A DNA stretch of 64,000 bases, from contig NC_042998.1 of the NCBI RefSeq assembly GCF_006345805.1, forward strand, positions 85,808,001 to 85,872,000. The letters are read 5' to 3'. Position numbers and translations under genes: made by a program. Of this stretch, positions 1 through 12,637 are shown in pieces; position 1 is the stretch's first letter; each line of letters opens with the position of its first letter. The notes under the pieces were generated by a model. It made no database searches and had not been told where the DNA came from. It saw only the letters and a list, made by a program, of their open reading frames with translations. This stretch comes from Octopus sinensis. Lineage: Eukaryota.

Positions 1-1149
1 AATACTGGATTAAAGCTTGATTTTAATTTTATATAATTTTTATCCATTTCTTTTTTCATTTTTTTTTTTGTCTCTAGAATGATATATTTTGTTCAGTTAA
101 GGCTGTAAAGATCAATAAACAGTTGTTGATGTATACATCTTATTGAGTATATTATTGTATAATCTATTTACCTTATAAGGAAAAAACTGAAAAAGAAAAA
201 AAAAAAAAGCAAAACATGTTCATAAATGGCACAGTTGACTACTTTATTTTTTTTTTTTCTTGTGTCTTATCAAACAGTTTTAATTTATTGTATTTCAGTA
301 CAATCATTGTTAAGTTTTTGTATCAGTGATAATGGAGTTCTCTTTTACTACTCCTTCTGAAAAGATGTGTGTGTGGTGGTTATCATGTTGATCACTAAAT
401 TGAAATGTTTTTAGAAATAAAAAATGAAAGCAAAAATTAAAAAAAAAACCTTAATATTATAAAGATTGAATTATTTTAAAAGTATTTCCTTGCGAATTAG
501 TTTTCTTCTGTATTTGAAATATTTAAAAATTGATGTCTATTATTATTCACAAGGAACTTTTATAGGGGCTGGGATTTCTTCTATTATCCACTAACAAATC
601 TTAGAGAGGGCTGTGTATGGTTGACTGAATTGACTCCAGTATTATTACTGATACTTCTTTTATTAACACTGGTGGAATTTGAACTTAGAATGTAACCAGG
701 TTGGACTAAATACTATTATGCTATTTAGTCCAACATCCTGTTTGTTTTATCCACTTCATTGTCTTGTAAAAGTTTATTGACAGCATTCATGTTGTTTAAA
801 GTTATCTCATATCACCTAATGGGTGAGTATATATAGCTGCATCAACAGAATATGAACTGGCAGTTCACATCTTCTCACCAGTACAACATTGAGTCGATGA
901 ACAAGACACTTAATTCTCAATACTTGAATCCAGTTAATACTATATAGGTACTACTGTTTTAAACCATTGTAAATGAGACATTTAACTGTAAACACGTTAG
1001 TTAATTCTATGTAGGTACTTCTCAATGATATTATTCACTGCTGTTAACAAATATTCAATTCTCAATGCTTAAGTTCAGTTAATTATATATAGTTATGGAT
1101 GATGGTTGTTCTTCATGTCTGGCGAGCATGAGGAAGAACAACAAGCCCT

Positions 1150-1530
1150 TAAATGGATATGTAAACCAATCTTTGAACAACAGGCTCTGGCACACTTGTG
1201 GAAGATACATAGGTTTTGATCAGATGGGGGTTGTAACAATGATTCTTGCCTTCTTTAGTGTTTCTCATCCACTGCAGTTGCTCTGGCCTTCTCAACATTA
1301 CTTGCAGTGGTCTGAAAGCAACCTTAGCTGCTTTAACGAAGTTAAACATGACTGTTTGGAGGACTTCCTGTATGTGTGCTAGAAGAGCACAGTCATCTGC
1401 AAACAACAGGTCAAGGATGAGCTCCTCCAGTGTTTTTGTGCAAACAAAGAGCTGTTGAAGGTTGAATATGTTCCCATCACCGTTGAAATGGATGTAGATG
1501 GCTGCCCACAGTACCATGCTAAAGAAGATT
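1150..1530 (-). mobile_element. RTE (BovB-like) reverse transcriptase fragment
   Basis: DGNIFNLQQLFVCTKTLEELILDLLFADDCALLAH: FADD catalytic motif with the DGxLFNLxRL..TK signature of BovB-type RTEs. Confidence 0.8.
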
Positions 1531-2274
1531 GCAAAGAGAAGTACTATTTTGTTATAATTCACTGCTGTAAACAGGATATTTGATTCTCAACACTTGAGTT
1601 TAGTTCATTCTTTGTATGTGCAACAGGTGGTATAATTCACAACTCTAAACAATAGCTGCTTTGTAAAATTTAAGGATCCATTGTCCTACAATGCTGAATT
1701 TCATTACTCCTGTAGAGAAAGTTATTTGCAGTAGACTGCTGTTTCATCTAGCGGAAGATTTAATTTGCTTAATGCCATAAATTAGGAAACCAGAGATTAA
1801 GAGGGCCATGAAAAGAGTACTTTTAATGTACTGGGATTACTGAAGTAACTGTAAGATAAATTTCAATATAGTTCTATTAATATGGTGGAATGTGTTTAAA
1901 TTACAAATACTATACTGCATCTAAAAGTGATGTTGAAAATGTGTTAAGTTAAATATTAACTTATTTAAAATAATAAACCCTTTAAGTGTTATATAGGATA
2001 TGAGGAACATTTATTATAAAGTGTATGTGAGCCCACATTTTGTACTTAGTACCCAATTCATGTTGTAGAGGATCAGCAACAGCAAGAATATCCAGCTATT
2101 AATTTTATTATGCTTTAAGTTTGCACCTAAGAAATCTGTTTAAGATTAAACAGGGTGTCCATAAAATTACTTTTACAATTTGAAAAAAGAAATAAATTAA
2201 AAATAAGGATAGCATATGCAAACATTGGAAAACATATGCAAACAAAGTTTTACTAGAAGCATCAGAACACTCAC

Positions 2275-2317
2275 TTGGACTCCATTGTTTGCATGCAGGT
2301 TGATGGATGGATCTCCA
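2275..2317 (-). other. Isolated candidate exon
   Basis: tttattctatcttttaaaag|43 nt|gtgagt; all three frames open (WRSIHQPACKQWSP, GDPSINLHANNGVQ, EIHPSTCMQTMES). No partner exon found. Confidence 0.3.
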
Positions 2318-2520
2318 CTTTAAAAGATAGAATAAATTGTAAACATAATTTATGAACACCCTCAGTAACAAAAATTTTTTCTGCTTATAGCATGGGTATG
2401 GCTGAGTGGTAAGAAGCTTGCTTCTCACCCACATGGTTCTAGGTTCAGTCCCACTGCGTGGCACCTTGGGCAAGTGTCTTGTGAGAGGATTTGGTAGGCA
2501 GAAACTGAAAGAAGCCTGTC

Positions 2521-2564
<44 letters not shown>

Positions 2565-3686
2565 ATGTGTTTGTGTATCTGTATTTGTCCCACCATTGCT
2601 TGACAACAGATGTTGGTGTGCTTACATTCCTGTAACCTAGGAGTTCGGCAAAAGTGACTGATAAAATAAGTACTAGGCTTACAAAGAATAAGTTCTGGAG
2701 TTGATTTGTTTGACTAAATGCAGTGTTCCAGCATGGCCACAGTTAAATGACTGAAACAAGTAAAAGGATTGTTATATCATCTTCATTTGCTGCTTCAAAA
2801 TAGATGTGAAAAATAAGATTTATCTATAATTTCTCTAAGACAAAATTAAATTCCAACCAGGTTTGTTTTGGAAATTCTATTTGTTTCAGTCAGACTACAG
2901 CCAGGCTGGGGCACCACGTTGTTCACTTTCTTTTATCCTTTTTGTATAAATAGTTTCATTTTTTATTTTGTTATATTCTCTTAGACTTCAACCAAAGTAT
3001 AAACAATATGGCTGAAGAAATGTAGAGCTCCAGGTAGCATTCTGTATACTAAATAGAAATGCAGTAGGGCCTCAAATCAGAATAAGATGATTGGACATGG
3101 CTAGCTGACTGGACATTCAATCTGTTTTGGTGACAGTATGTTTTGGCACTAGAGGTAAACACACACACACTAGCATGCACAGAAATATACAGGTGTGTGC
3201 AACTCATTACCCCCTCCCCACATCATCTTCTGTTGCTTAATTCTACCCCCACCCATTTTTTTCTTTCTCTTTAGTATTTTTTCTTGATAATTTGATCTTT
3301 TATACTTTTAATGTTTTTTTTTCTTTTTTCCTTCCTGTAAAAGTATGTTGTTAATAAAACAATTTTCTGGGGTCAAAGAAATTAAAAAAGAGAGAGGGAG
3401 ATTATACATAGAGAAACATAAGGAGATACACACCAGGTAGAATTAGAGAGAATGCATGACACATTAAAGTGTCTGATATCAGATAAATCAGCCTACCAAA
3501 ACAATTGCGCCAAAATATCTCCTACCCATCTCAGAGGCGTAACAGTGAAGTGAAAAGCTCTAAGTGATTATAGGGTGTGGTGTACTTTTGTTGTTGAAAT
3601 GTCCTAGCTTTATTTGAGTTCTTGCAAATAAAGAAGAATTTAATGAAATAAGTGATTATTGAGCTGGGTTTTGGAATATAAACATA

Positions 3687-4077
3687 GGCGCAGGAGTGGT
3701 TGTGTGGTAAGTAGCTTGCTTACCAACCACATGGCTCCGGGTTCAGTCCCACTGCGTGCTACCTTGGGCAAGTGTCTTCTACTATAGCCTTGGGCCGACC
3801 AAAACTTTGTGAGTAGATTTGGTAGATGGAAACTGAAAAAAGTCCATCGTATATATGTGTGTATATATATATGTTTGTACATCTGTGTGTATCCCCCAAC
3901 ATCGCTTGACAACTGATGCTGCTGTGTTTACGTCCCTGTAACTTAACGGTTTGGCAATAGAGACCAATAGAATAAGTACTAGGCTTACAAAGAATAAGTT
4001 CTGGGGTCGATTTCTTAGACTAAAGTCGGTGCTCCAGCATGGCCGCAGTCAAATGACTGAAACAAGTAAAAGAGTAT
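3687..4077 (+). mobile_element. SINE family A copy
   Basis: Colinear with 12187-12590 over its whole length. Confidence 0.9.
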
Positions 4078-6579
4078 GAAATTTTGATGAAAGGTTTCAA
4101 TGTAGATCCCTTGAAAACAGAAAGTTTGTATCATAGAATCAGGGGTGATCTTAGAAAAAAATCCAAGCTCGGGAGATAACTGCAATAAGATCAATTGGAA
4201 TTACTTAGAAAAGGCACACAGTATTGTGTTGTATCAATATGATATCAGGGCTAAAATTTGATTTGTAGTGTCAGAATGGCATCGACTGGAATTGACTTGG
4301 GATGAGCTTAGGTCATGAGATTTGAGTTAAGTTTGTCTGGTAGAGCAATTTACATTCCATTGGGAATATAGTTCATCATCGTTTAATGTCCGCTTTCCAT
4401 ACTATAGCATGAGTTGGACGATTTGACTGAGGACTGGCGAACCAGATGGCTGCACTAAGCTCCAGTCTGACCTAGTGGAGTTGCTACAGTTGGATGCCCT
4501 TCCTAACACCAACCACTCTGAGAGTGTAGCAGGTGTTGTGGCACGAGGACCATTCAGGCGGTACTGGCAACGGACATGCTTAAATGGTGTTTTTTACGTG
4601 TCATCTGCACAGGAGCCAGTCCAGTGGCACTGGCAACTAAAAATGCTGTCCCTTGGAACCTAATGCAGACCGTCACTAGTTTCTTTGATTCTATTTCACT
4701 CTGGTTGTTTGTGATCACAACATAACCTGGTAACAGTATCTCCCATTTATTAGCTACAGAAAATCCAACTTCAATACTGCTTTTTCTGTAGTTTTCAAAA
4801 GTTTCATTTAATTGATTTTACTAGAGTTACCTTCCTTACTCTTTTAAAAATTTTTAGCACCAACTCAGTTTTTAACCTTTTGGCTAAAAGCACAGCATAG
4901 ATTTTAAGTACACTAGAGCGGGGTTTTGTTAATCTCATGTACAATGTGTCTTAATTGAAGTCTGCCAACTCTCTTTATTACATACGTGAGATCCTACTAT
5001 ATATAGCATATATTTTGAGCTTTAGAAAAAACTTGTGGCTGTGTGATTTAAGCTCACTTTGCAGTCATGTGTTGTTAGAGTTCAATCCCACTGCATGGTA
5101 TTTTGAGCAGGTGTTTTCTACTGTAATCCCAAGCTATCCGATGCCTTGTAAGTGAATTTGGTAGTTGGAAACTGGGTGTATGTATACGCAAATGTGTGTG
5201 TTTCTGTCTCCCTACTGTTCAATAACTGGTGTTGGTTTGTTTACATCTCAGGAGCTTAGTGGTACAGCAAAGGAGACTGATACTGTATGTACTGGAGTTC
5301 ATTTGTTTGACTAACCCCTTCAATGTAATGCCCCAGCATGGCCACAGTCCAGTGACTGAAACAAGTAAAATATAACCCATGTTAGCATGGTAAAAATGGA
5401 TGTTAACTGGACAAACTATACGCAACTGGTCAGGTTTATTTTGTTTTGGCTAGTTTTTCAAGTGTAAAAATTTTCAAGCCTTAAAAGAGAATTTCTGTTT
5501 AATAGTATTTTTTTCTACTCTAGACACAAAGCCCGAAATTTTTGGGGAGGGGGGCTAGTCGATTAGATCGACCCCAGTACACAACTGGTACTTAATTTAT
5601 CCACCCTGAAAGGAAACGCAAAGTCGACCTCGGCAGAATTTGAACTCGGAACATAAAGACATGAAATACCACTAAGCATTTTGCCCAGCATGCTAACATT
5701 TGTGCCAACTCGCCACCTTTCTGTTTACTAGTATTGGCCTGGCTCTCCATCAGTTCTGGTGACAAATGTTCCAGTTGATATGACCAACCTAACAGCCTGC
5801 TCCTGAAATTAACATACAAGTGACTGAGCACTCCACAGACATACGTACCCCTAATGTAGTTCTCCGGGAGATTCAGTGTGATGCAGGGTATGACAAGGCC
5901 AACCCTTTGAATTACAGCTACTACTCATTTTTGTCAGATGAATGGATTAGAGCAAAAAGAAATAAAATACCTCACTGAAGAACACATGCCACCAGGAATT
6001 GAGTTCACAATTTAACGATCATGAGCCGAGTTCCTTAGCCACTGGACCATGTATTTTCTCTTACTAGTATTATAAGAAATATATCAGGCATTCTCTGTCA
6101 CTCACCTTCATCATCAGCATCTTATATTCCACTTTTCAATGTTTGCATTGGTCAGATGAAATTTGTTGAGGCAGAGCTTTTCTACAGTCAGAAGCACTTC
6201 CTGTCACCAATCTGCACTTGCTTCTAAGCATGGTAATATTTCCTCATGGCCATATGTGTTTAGCAAAAAACTAAAGAACAGCCTCACTCATATTCTGATG
6301 ATGCTCAACTACAACCATTGTATGATGTCAAGATATGGCTGTACATACTGTATTCATATATTATTATGAATTTGTATGCATATCTATGACAGGCTTCTTT
6401 CAGTTTCCATCTATCAAATCCACTTATAAGCCTTTGGTTGGACTTGGGCTTATAGTAGAAGACACTTGCCCAAGGTGTTGTGCAGTGGGACTGAACCTGA
6501 AATCATGTTGGGAAACAAACTTCTTAATAACACAACCTTGAATTGAAGGCCAGTTTTAATATATTGTTGATGTGATTGC

Positions 6580-6990
6580 CAGGAAAGCTCCTCAGTTAAG
6601 GCCTATCTTTTGCTGCAACTTTGAAGGTTTTTAGTTGCCTGTTGTCTATAATTAGAAGTGTTTCCTTTGTATATAAGCATGTGTTGTTGAAGGTGATGAG
6701 GTTAGCATATCATCATTAGAGAATGCTTCAGAGATCTCTGTTCAGGAAGTTTACATACTTGATGCATCTGGGTTGCATGTGGATGGTATTTGTGTATGGA
6801 ATGTTAAGAGAGGAGTGAAGGATGGGTGTTGTTAGGGTGACAGGAAGTAGATCGTCAATGTCCTGGAAGAAGTGTGGGAGGGACTAAAGAAGTTTCTGGC
6901 ATTCTGGCATTACAAAGATGTGTAGGACATAGAACTTCCATTGGCACACCATGGGATTATCTGAGGTAAGATACAAGACAGATTTAGGTG
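6580..6990 (-). mobile_element. Degenerate Penelope-like RT remnant
   Basis: Interrupted frames resemble PLE RT (…SSLNIPYT for SLYTNIP; ITFNNTC…); heavily decayed. Confidence 0.4.
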
Positions 6991-8266
6991 AGATACAAGA
7001 CAAGTGGTTAATGTTAGAAATCATTATTATTCTAATTATATAAGGCAGTGAGCTGGTAGCTAGCACACCAGACAAAAAGCTCAGCAGCATTGCATCTGTC
7101 TCTATATCCTGAGTTCAAATTCCACCGAGGTTGATTTTGTCCTCCATCTTTCTGGAGTTGATGAAATAAGTACAAGTTTAGTACTGGGTTGATGTTATTG
7201 GCTTATCCCCTTCTCCAGGATCTCAGGCCTTGTGCCTATAGCAGAAAGGATTTTTATTCTAATTATAAGCAGTGATGGGTGGCAGAATCTGTAGAGCAAC
7301 GAAATAAATACCTTGTGGTATTTAGGTGTGTTTCTGTATGTTCTGAGATCAAATCTTGCTCGGGTTAATAAAATAAATATCAGTGAAGCACTGAAATTCA
7401 GAAAGAGATGACTGGGTACAGCTGTTTCGATACTGATGGTCTGGCATGATTGACTGGACATTCAGCTTGTTTTGGTGACAGTTCATTTTGGCACTGGAAG
7501 CAAACAAGCATGCACTGATGCATGTGGACATGGTGTTTGGCATGGCCACATGTCCGAGATAGGAAGCTGTCTGCTAGGGAGAGAGAGCACTGTGGTTCAC
7601 GCAGTGCTGACCCTCGTGTGCTGGTGAAAGGTAGTGTTTCTTTTTGACTCCGCATGTGTTGTGCTGAAAAACGTGTTTATATTCTTGAATGTGATAAAGT
7701 GTAGAATTAGATTATTATCCTGCTTCCAGTTACTGTGTTACTGCCAGGATTTGAAAAATAGAGCAGATTTTCCCCCCTTATTTTGTGATTTAGTGGGGAT
7801 TTTTGAAAAAACAAGGGGGTATTTGCAGCGGTGTTCAGTGAACAAATTAAACACTACCCGGCAGTGGCTAAAACACAACCCAATCAAGTTTATGTATAAA
7901 TATTATTTTTATATTTTTTACACAGTATTAAAACAACGGCTAAAAATTTTCTGCAGCAACAACACCTCAACTAATTTTATCTACATGCCGCCACTATTCT
8001 CTACAAATTTCCTGATGTGTTAGAATATTTCATATACAAGTATATCTATCTAAACAATGTGATCAAAGGGAGCAAAGTAGGTAATGGAAGTATGTGTGTA
8101 TTTCAGGAGTTTTTGCTCCTTATTTAGCTCTATACCCAACCCATTACCCATCCACAAACACATTGCTTAAATGGCCACCAAATATAGTGGTGTAACATAA
8201 TTGAACAACCAAACCCTCATTGTTAAAACCAATGCTAATTCATTACTTCTGCTACTTTCTACATTC

Positions 8267-8645
8267 TGAGGTGCAATGGCCCAGTGGTTAGGGCAGTGGC
8301 TTCGCGGTTCTAGGATTGCAGTTTCGATTTCCAGACCAGGTGTTGTGAGAGTTTGTTGAGCAAAAATACCTAAAACTCCATGAGGCTCCGGCAGGGGGTG
8401 GTGGTGAACCCTACTGTACTCTTTCACCACAGCTTTCTCTCACTTTTCCTGTTTCTGTTATACATGTATTTCAAAGGGCCAGCCTCGTCACACTCTGCGT
8501 CATGCTGAATCTCTCCAAGAACTATGTTAAGGGTACATATGTCTGTGGAGTGCTCAGCCACTTGCACGTTAATTTCATGAGCAGGCTGTTCTGTTGGATC
8601 AGATCAACTGGAACCCTCGTCATCATAACCGACAGAATGCCATGA
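8267..8645 (+). mobile_element. tRNA-derived SINE family C
   Basis: TGGCCCAGTGG box A, GTTTCGATTTC box B; its 3' part recurs at about 5720-5920 (-) and 9995-10085 (+). Confidence 0.75.
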
Positions 8646-10116
8646 TGACATTCTGATTGCAATTTCTTGTTGGGTTGATTAAATATGTCATGCTTGAGAA
8701 GAAGACCCATCAAGCTGAGCAAAGTCACAGTCATGGCAGATGCCAGTGTCATGCAAATTGATGGTACGTAAAAGCACCTATTACACCCTCGGTGTAGTTG
8801 GCATTAGGAAGGGCATCCAGCTGTAGAAAATCATATCAAATCAGACTGGGGTCTGGTGCAGCCTTTACACTTGCCAGCCTGGTCAAACTGTCCAACCCAT
8901 ACTAGCATGGACAACAAACGTTAAATGATGATGATGATGATGAAGTCCTGGGATCCATATAAATGATAAGGCTCCTCTCCCTAGACTACTGCTTTACTGT
9001 ATTCAATCACTTTCCTCTTTTCTTAAAGAGGTCAAATCCCATGAAGGCCAATGTTGTCTTTTATCCTTTCAGTTGTCAGTTTCAACATTTATAGGTCGGT
9101 ATCTGTAAGAACATGGTCAAGGAAGAACTTTTGATGGTCTCCTGTTCAGGTTCGGAGGGACTGGGTAAAGTGTTTAGAGGAGGATCTGGGAATAAGGTTA
9201 GATAGAAAAACAAGGAGTGGGCTTGACAATAATGATATACAATAGCAAGTTCAGAGGCCAGGTGACATCATTAGGGCTGGTGGCATGAAAAATGCATTCA
9301 GTACACACTGTAAAGTGGCTGGCATGAGGAGAGGGTGCACAAGGGCTACATAGCCCTAGGCCAACCAAGGCCTTCATCATCATCATCAGCGTTTAACGTC
9401 CGTTTTCCATGCTGGCATGGGTTGGACGGTTTGGCTGAGGTTTGGAAAGCCAGTAGCTGCACCAGGCTCCAATCCTGATCTGGCAATGTTTCTACAGCTG
9501 GATGCCCTTCCTAATGCCAACCACTATGAGACTGTGGTGGGTGCTTTTTACATGCCACAGGCACAGGAGTTAGTCAGATGGCCCTGGCATTGATCATGTT
9601 CAGATAGTGCCACCAGCACAGGAGCCAGTCAGGGGGCATTGGCATTGGTGGGATTTGGTAGATGAAAGAAGCAAGTGTGTGTGTGTACATGTTCATTGAC
9701 TGCCATTGCTTGACAACTGGTGTTGGTCGGTTTATGTCCTTGTAATCTAGCAGTTCAGTAAGGGAGTCTGATGGAAGAAATAAGTACTGTGGTTGATTTG
9801 TTCAATTAAACCTTTCAAGGCCATACCCTGGCATGGCCATAGCCTAGTGACTGAAACAAAATAAAAGATAATTAATAGGTGCAGGTGTGTGACAAGAAAC
9901 TTGCTTTCTAACCACATTGTTTAGGATTCAGTCCCTTCTAGTTTTCTACTATAGCCTCGCACTGAACAAAGCTTCCTGAGTGGATCTGGTTGACAGCTGT
10001 GGAGTGCTCAGTCACTTGCATATTAATTTCAGGAGCAGGCTGTTAGGTTGGCCATATCAACTGGAACATTTGTCACCAGAACTGATGGAGAGCCAGGACA
10101 ATACCAGTAAACAGAA

Positions 10117-10360
10117 AGGCAGTGAGCTGGCAGAAACATTAGCATGCTGGGCAAAATGCTTAGTGGTATTTTGTCTGCCATAACATTCTGAGTTCAAATT
10201 CTGCCAAGGTCAACTTTGCCTTTCATCCTTTCGGGGTCGATAAATTAAGTACCAGTTATGCACTGGAATCGATATAATTGACTTAATCCCTTTGTCTTTC
10301 CTTATTTGTCCCCTCTGTGTTTAGCCCCTTGTGGGCAATTATGAAATAAGAAACTGAAAG
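10117..10360 (+). mobile_element. tRNA-derived SINE family B
   Basis: ggcagtgagctggcagaa...GAGTTCAAATTC (box B)...ggggtcgataaattaagtaccag. Other copies at about 5500-5720 (-), 7043-7262, 13647-13970, 20577-20780, 24758-25080, 35420-35630. Confidence 0.85.
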
Positions 10361-12186
10361 AAGTCTATTGCACATGTGTATATCTATGTGTGTGTCTTTG
10401 TATCTGTTTGTCCCTTCATGCTGCTTGACAACCAGTGTTGGTGTGTTTATGTCCCCATGACTTAGCTGTTCAGCAAAAGGGACCAATAAAATAAGTACCA
10501 GGCTTTAAAAAAAACTAAGCACCTGAGTTGATACATTCAACAAAAAATTCTTCAGGGTGGTGCCCCAGCACAGCCACGGTTTGGTAACTGAAAAAAGTAA
10601 AAGATCAAAGATAATTCTTTATAATTTTGGCATAAAGTCAGCTATTTTGAGGGGAGGGGGTCAAGTTGATTGCATCAACCCTGGTACTTTTATCTTCTCC
10701 AGATAAATACTGCAATTAATTACTACTTCTGCTGCATATAACAGATTTTTATTCAGCTGAGCTGTTAAATGCAATGACAGATTTCTCAATCATGGTTTTT
10801 TTATATCAATGACAATGGATTTTATCTTAGCATGTGGTTGCCAGGCTATTCATACAACTGACAAAGCCCAAAGACGCAGAAATGAGTATCTGTCAATAGC
10901 ATTCTCACCACTGCTGCCTGAAGATTTTCATCATTGCTACCCATCTGCTTGTGTTATTTAACAGGACATTATGTGTGCGTATGTATATATATATATACAT
11001 ACAGTAATATATATATATATATATATATAATGCAAATAAGAAAATGGAGAAACAATTTAGTTGGTTCATATATATATATATTGTCCTTGTACAGAGGCCA
11101 TCCGGACTCCCATTTGTGCCGTGAACAGGGATTTATCTTCTCTCTTCGCTCCTTTGCGTCACATGGGCTCAACTCTCCTCTCTCCCCCTCACATCTATTT
11201 CCTCCCACCCACCTCCCCTCTCTTGCTCCGACTCCTACTTCTTCTCTTCACTCCTACTCTTCACTCTTACCCACCTTCCCCCTTCATCACCTCTCTCCCT
11301 CATAATCCAACCCCACTCCTACACAATCCAACTCCACCTTCCCTATCCATCCCATCCCTTACACCCACTCCCATATACTCTACCTCTACCCCATCCTCAG
11401 CCTACTCACATACCCCACCTCTACCTCCACCCTCAGCCTAGCCACACCCCCACCCTTGCTTTACCCACTCTTGCCTCCCCAACTCTCAACACCATCACAT
11501 CACACCACCATGCACACACTGATACTGACCACTTCCCAGACCCACAGCCACACGCCTACACATACACACATCAAAGACACCAGCCCTCTTCCACATGACC
11601 ATACATACTCTCTTATACATACGCATGCGCACCTTCGTTTTGGGATCACCACTACTTTATTATCTCCCCTTCTTCCTAGCTCTCCTCTGTGACCCCTCTG
11701 TCCGGCATTCGCTATGATACATATATATATATATATATATACATAAGTGCAGGCATGGCTGTGTGGTAAGAAACTTGCTTCTCAACCACATGGTTCCATG
11801 TTCAGTCCCACAGTGTGGCAACTTGGGTAAGTGACTTTCACTATAGCTTTGGGTTGACCAAAGCCTTGTGACTGGATTTGGTAGATGGAAACTGAAAGAA
11901 GACTGTTATACGTTAGAAAGGGCATCTAGCTGCAGAAACCATGCCAAATCAGACTGGAACTTGGTGCAGGTTCCCAGCTTACCAGTTTTTAGTCAAATCG
12001 TCCAGCATGGAAGCCTTAAATGATGATGATCATAATGTGTGTGTCTATGTGCATCTGCCCACTGCTTGACAACCAGTGTTGGTGTCCCCGTAACTTAGCG
12101 GTTCGACAAAGCCAGAAACAAAATAATAAAATAAAAAGATATATAAACATATATATATATATATATATATATAGATAAGATATATA

Positions 12187-12590
12187 GGCGCAGGAGTGGC
12201 TGTGTGGTAAGTAGCTTGTCTACCAACCGCATGGTTCTAGGTTCAGTCCCACTGCGTGGCACCTTGGGTAAGTGTCTTCTACTATAGCCTCGGGCCGACC
12301 AAAGCCTTGTGAGTGGATTTGGTAGACGGAGACTGAAAGAAGCCCGTCGTGTATATGTATATATATATATATGCGTGTGTGTGTGTTTGTGTGTCTGTGT
12401 TTGTCCCCTAGCATTGCTTGACAACCGATGTTGGTGTGTTTATGTCCCCGTCACTTAGCGGTTCGGCAAAAGACACCGATAGAATATGTACTGGGCTTAC
12501 AAAAGAATAAGCCCCGGGGTCGAGTTGCTCGATTAAAGGCGGTGCTCCAGCATGGCCGCAGTCAAATGACTGAAACAAGTAAAAGAGTAA
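12187..12590 (+). mobile_element. tRNA-derived SINE family A, full-length young copy
   Basis: Box A TGGCTGTGTGG, box B GGTTCAGTCCC, internal (TA)n(TG)n, tail GAAACAAGTAAAAGAGT. Other copies at about 2392-2765, 3687-4077, 29622-30003, 11746-11890, 26420-26580 (+) and 6380-6540, 13100-13463, 30770-30900, 31050-31190, 42785-43045, 50365-50510, 58820-58930 (-). Confidence 0.9.
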
Positions 12591-12595
12591 ACATA

Positions 12596-12637
<42 letters not shown>

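Noticed and set aside
2985-3033. Plus-strand exon-like segment after a strong acceptor (DFNQSINNMAEEM*)
   Set aside because: Stops in all frames and no supporting neighbouring exon; cannot be supported.
12187-12270. tRNA gene at SINE heads (also 8267, 33708)
   Set aside because: A and B boxes are present but there is no complete cloverleaf, and they continue into SINE bodies.
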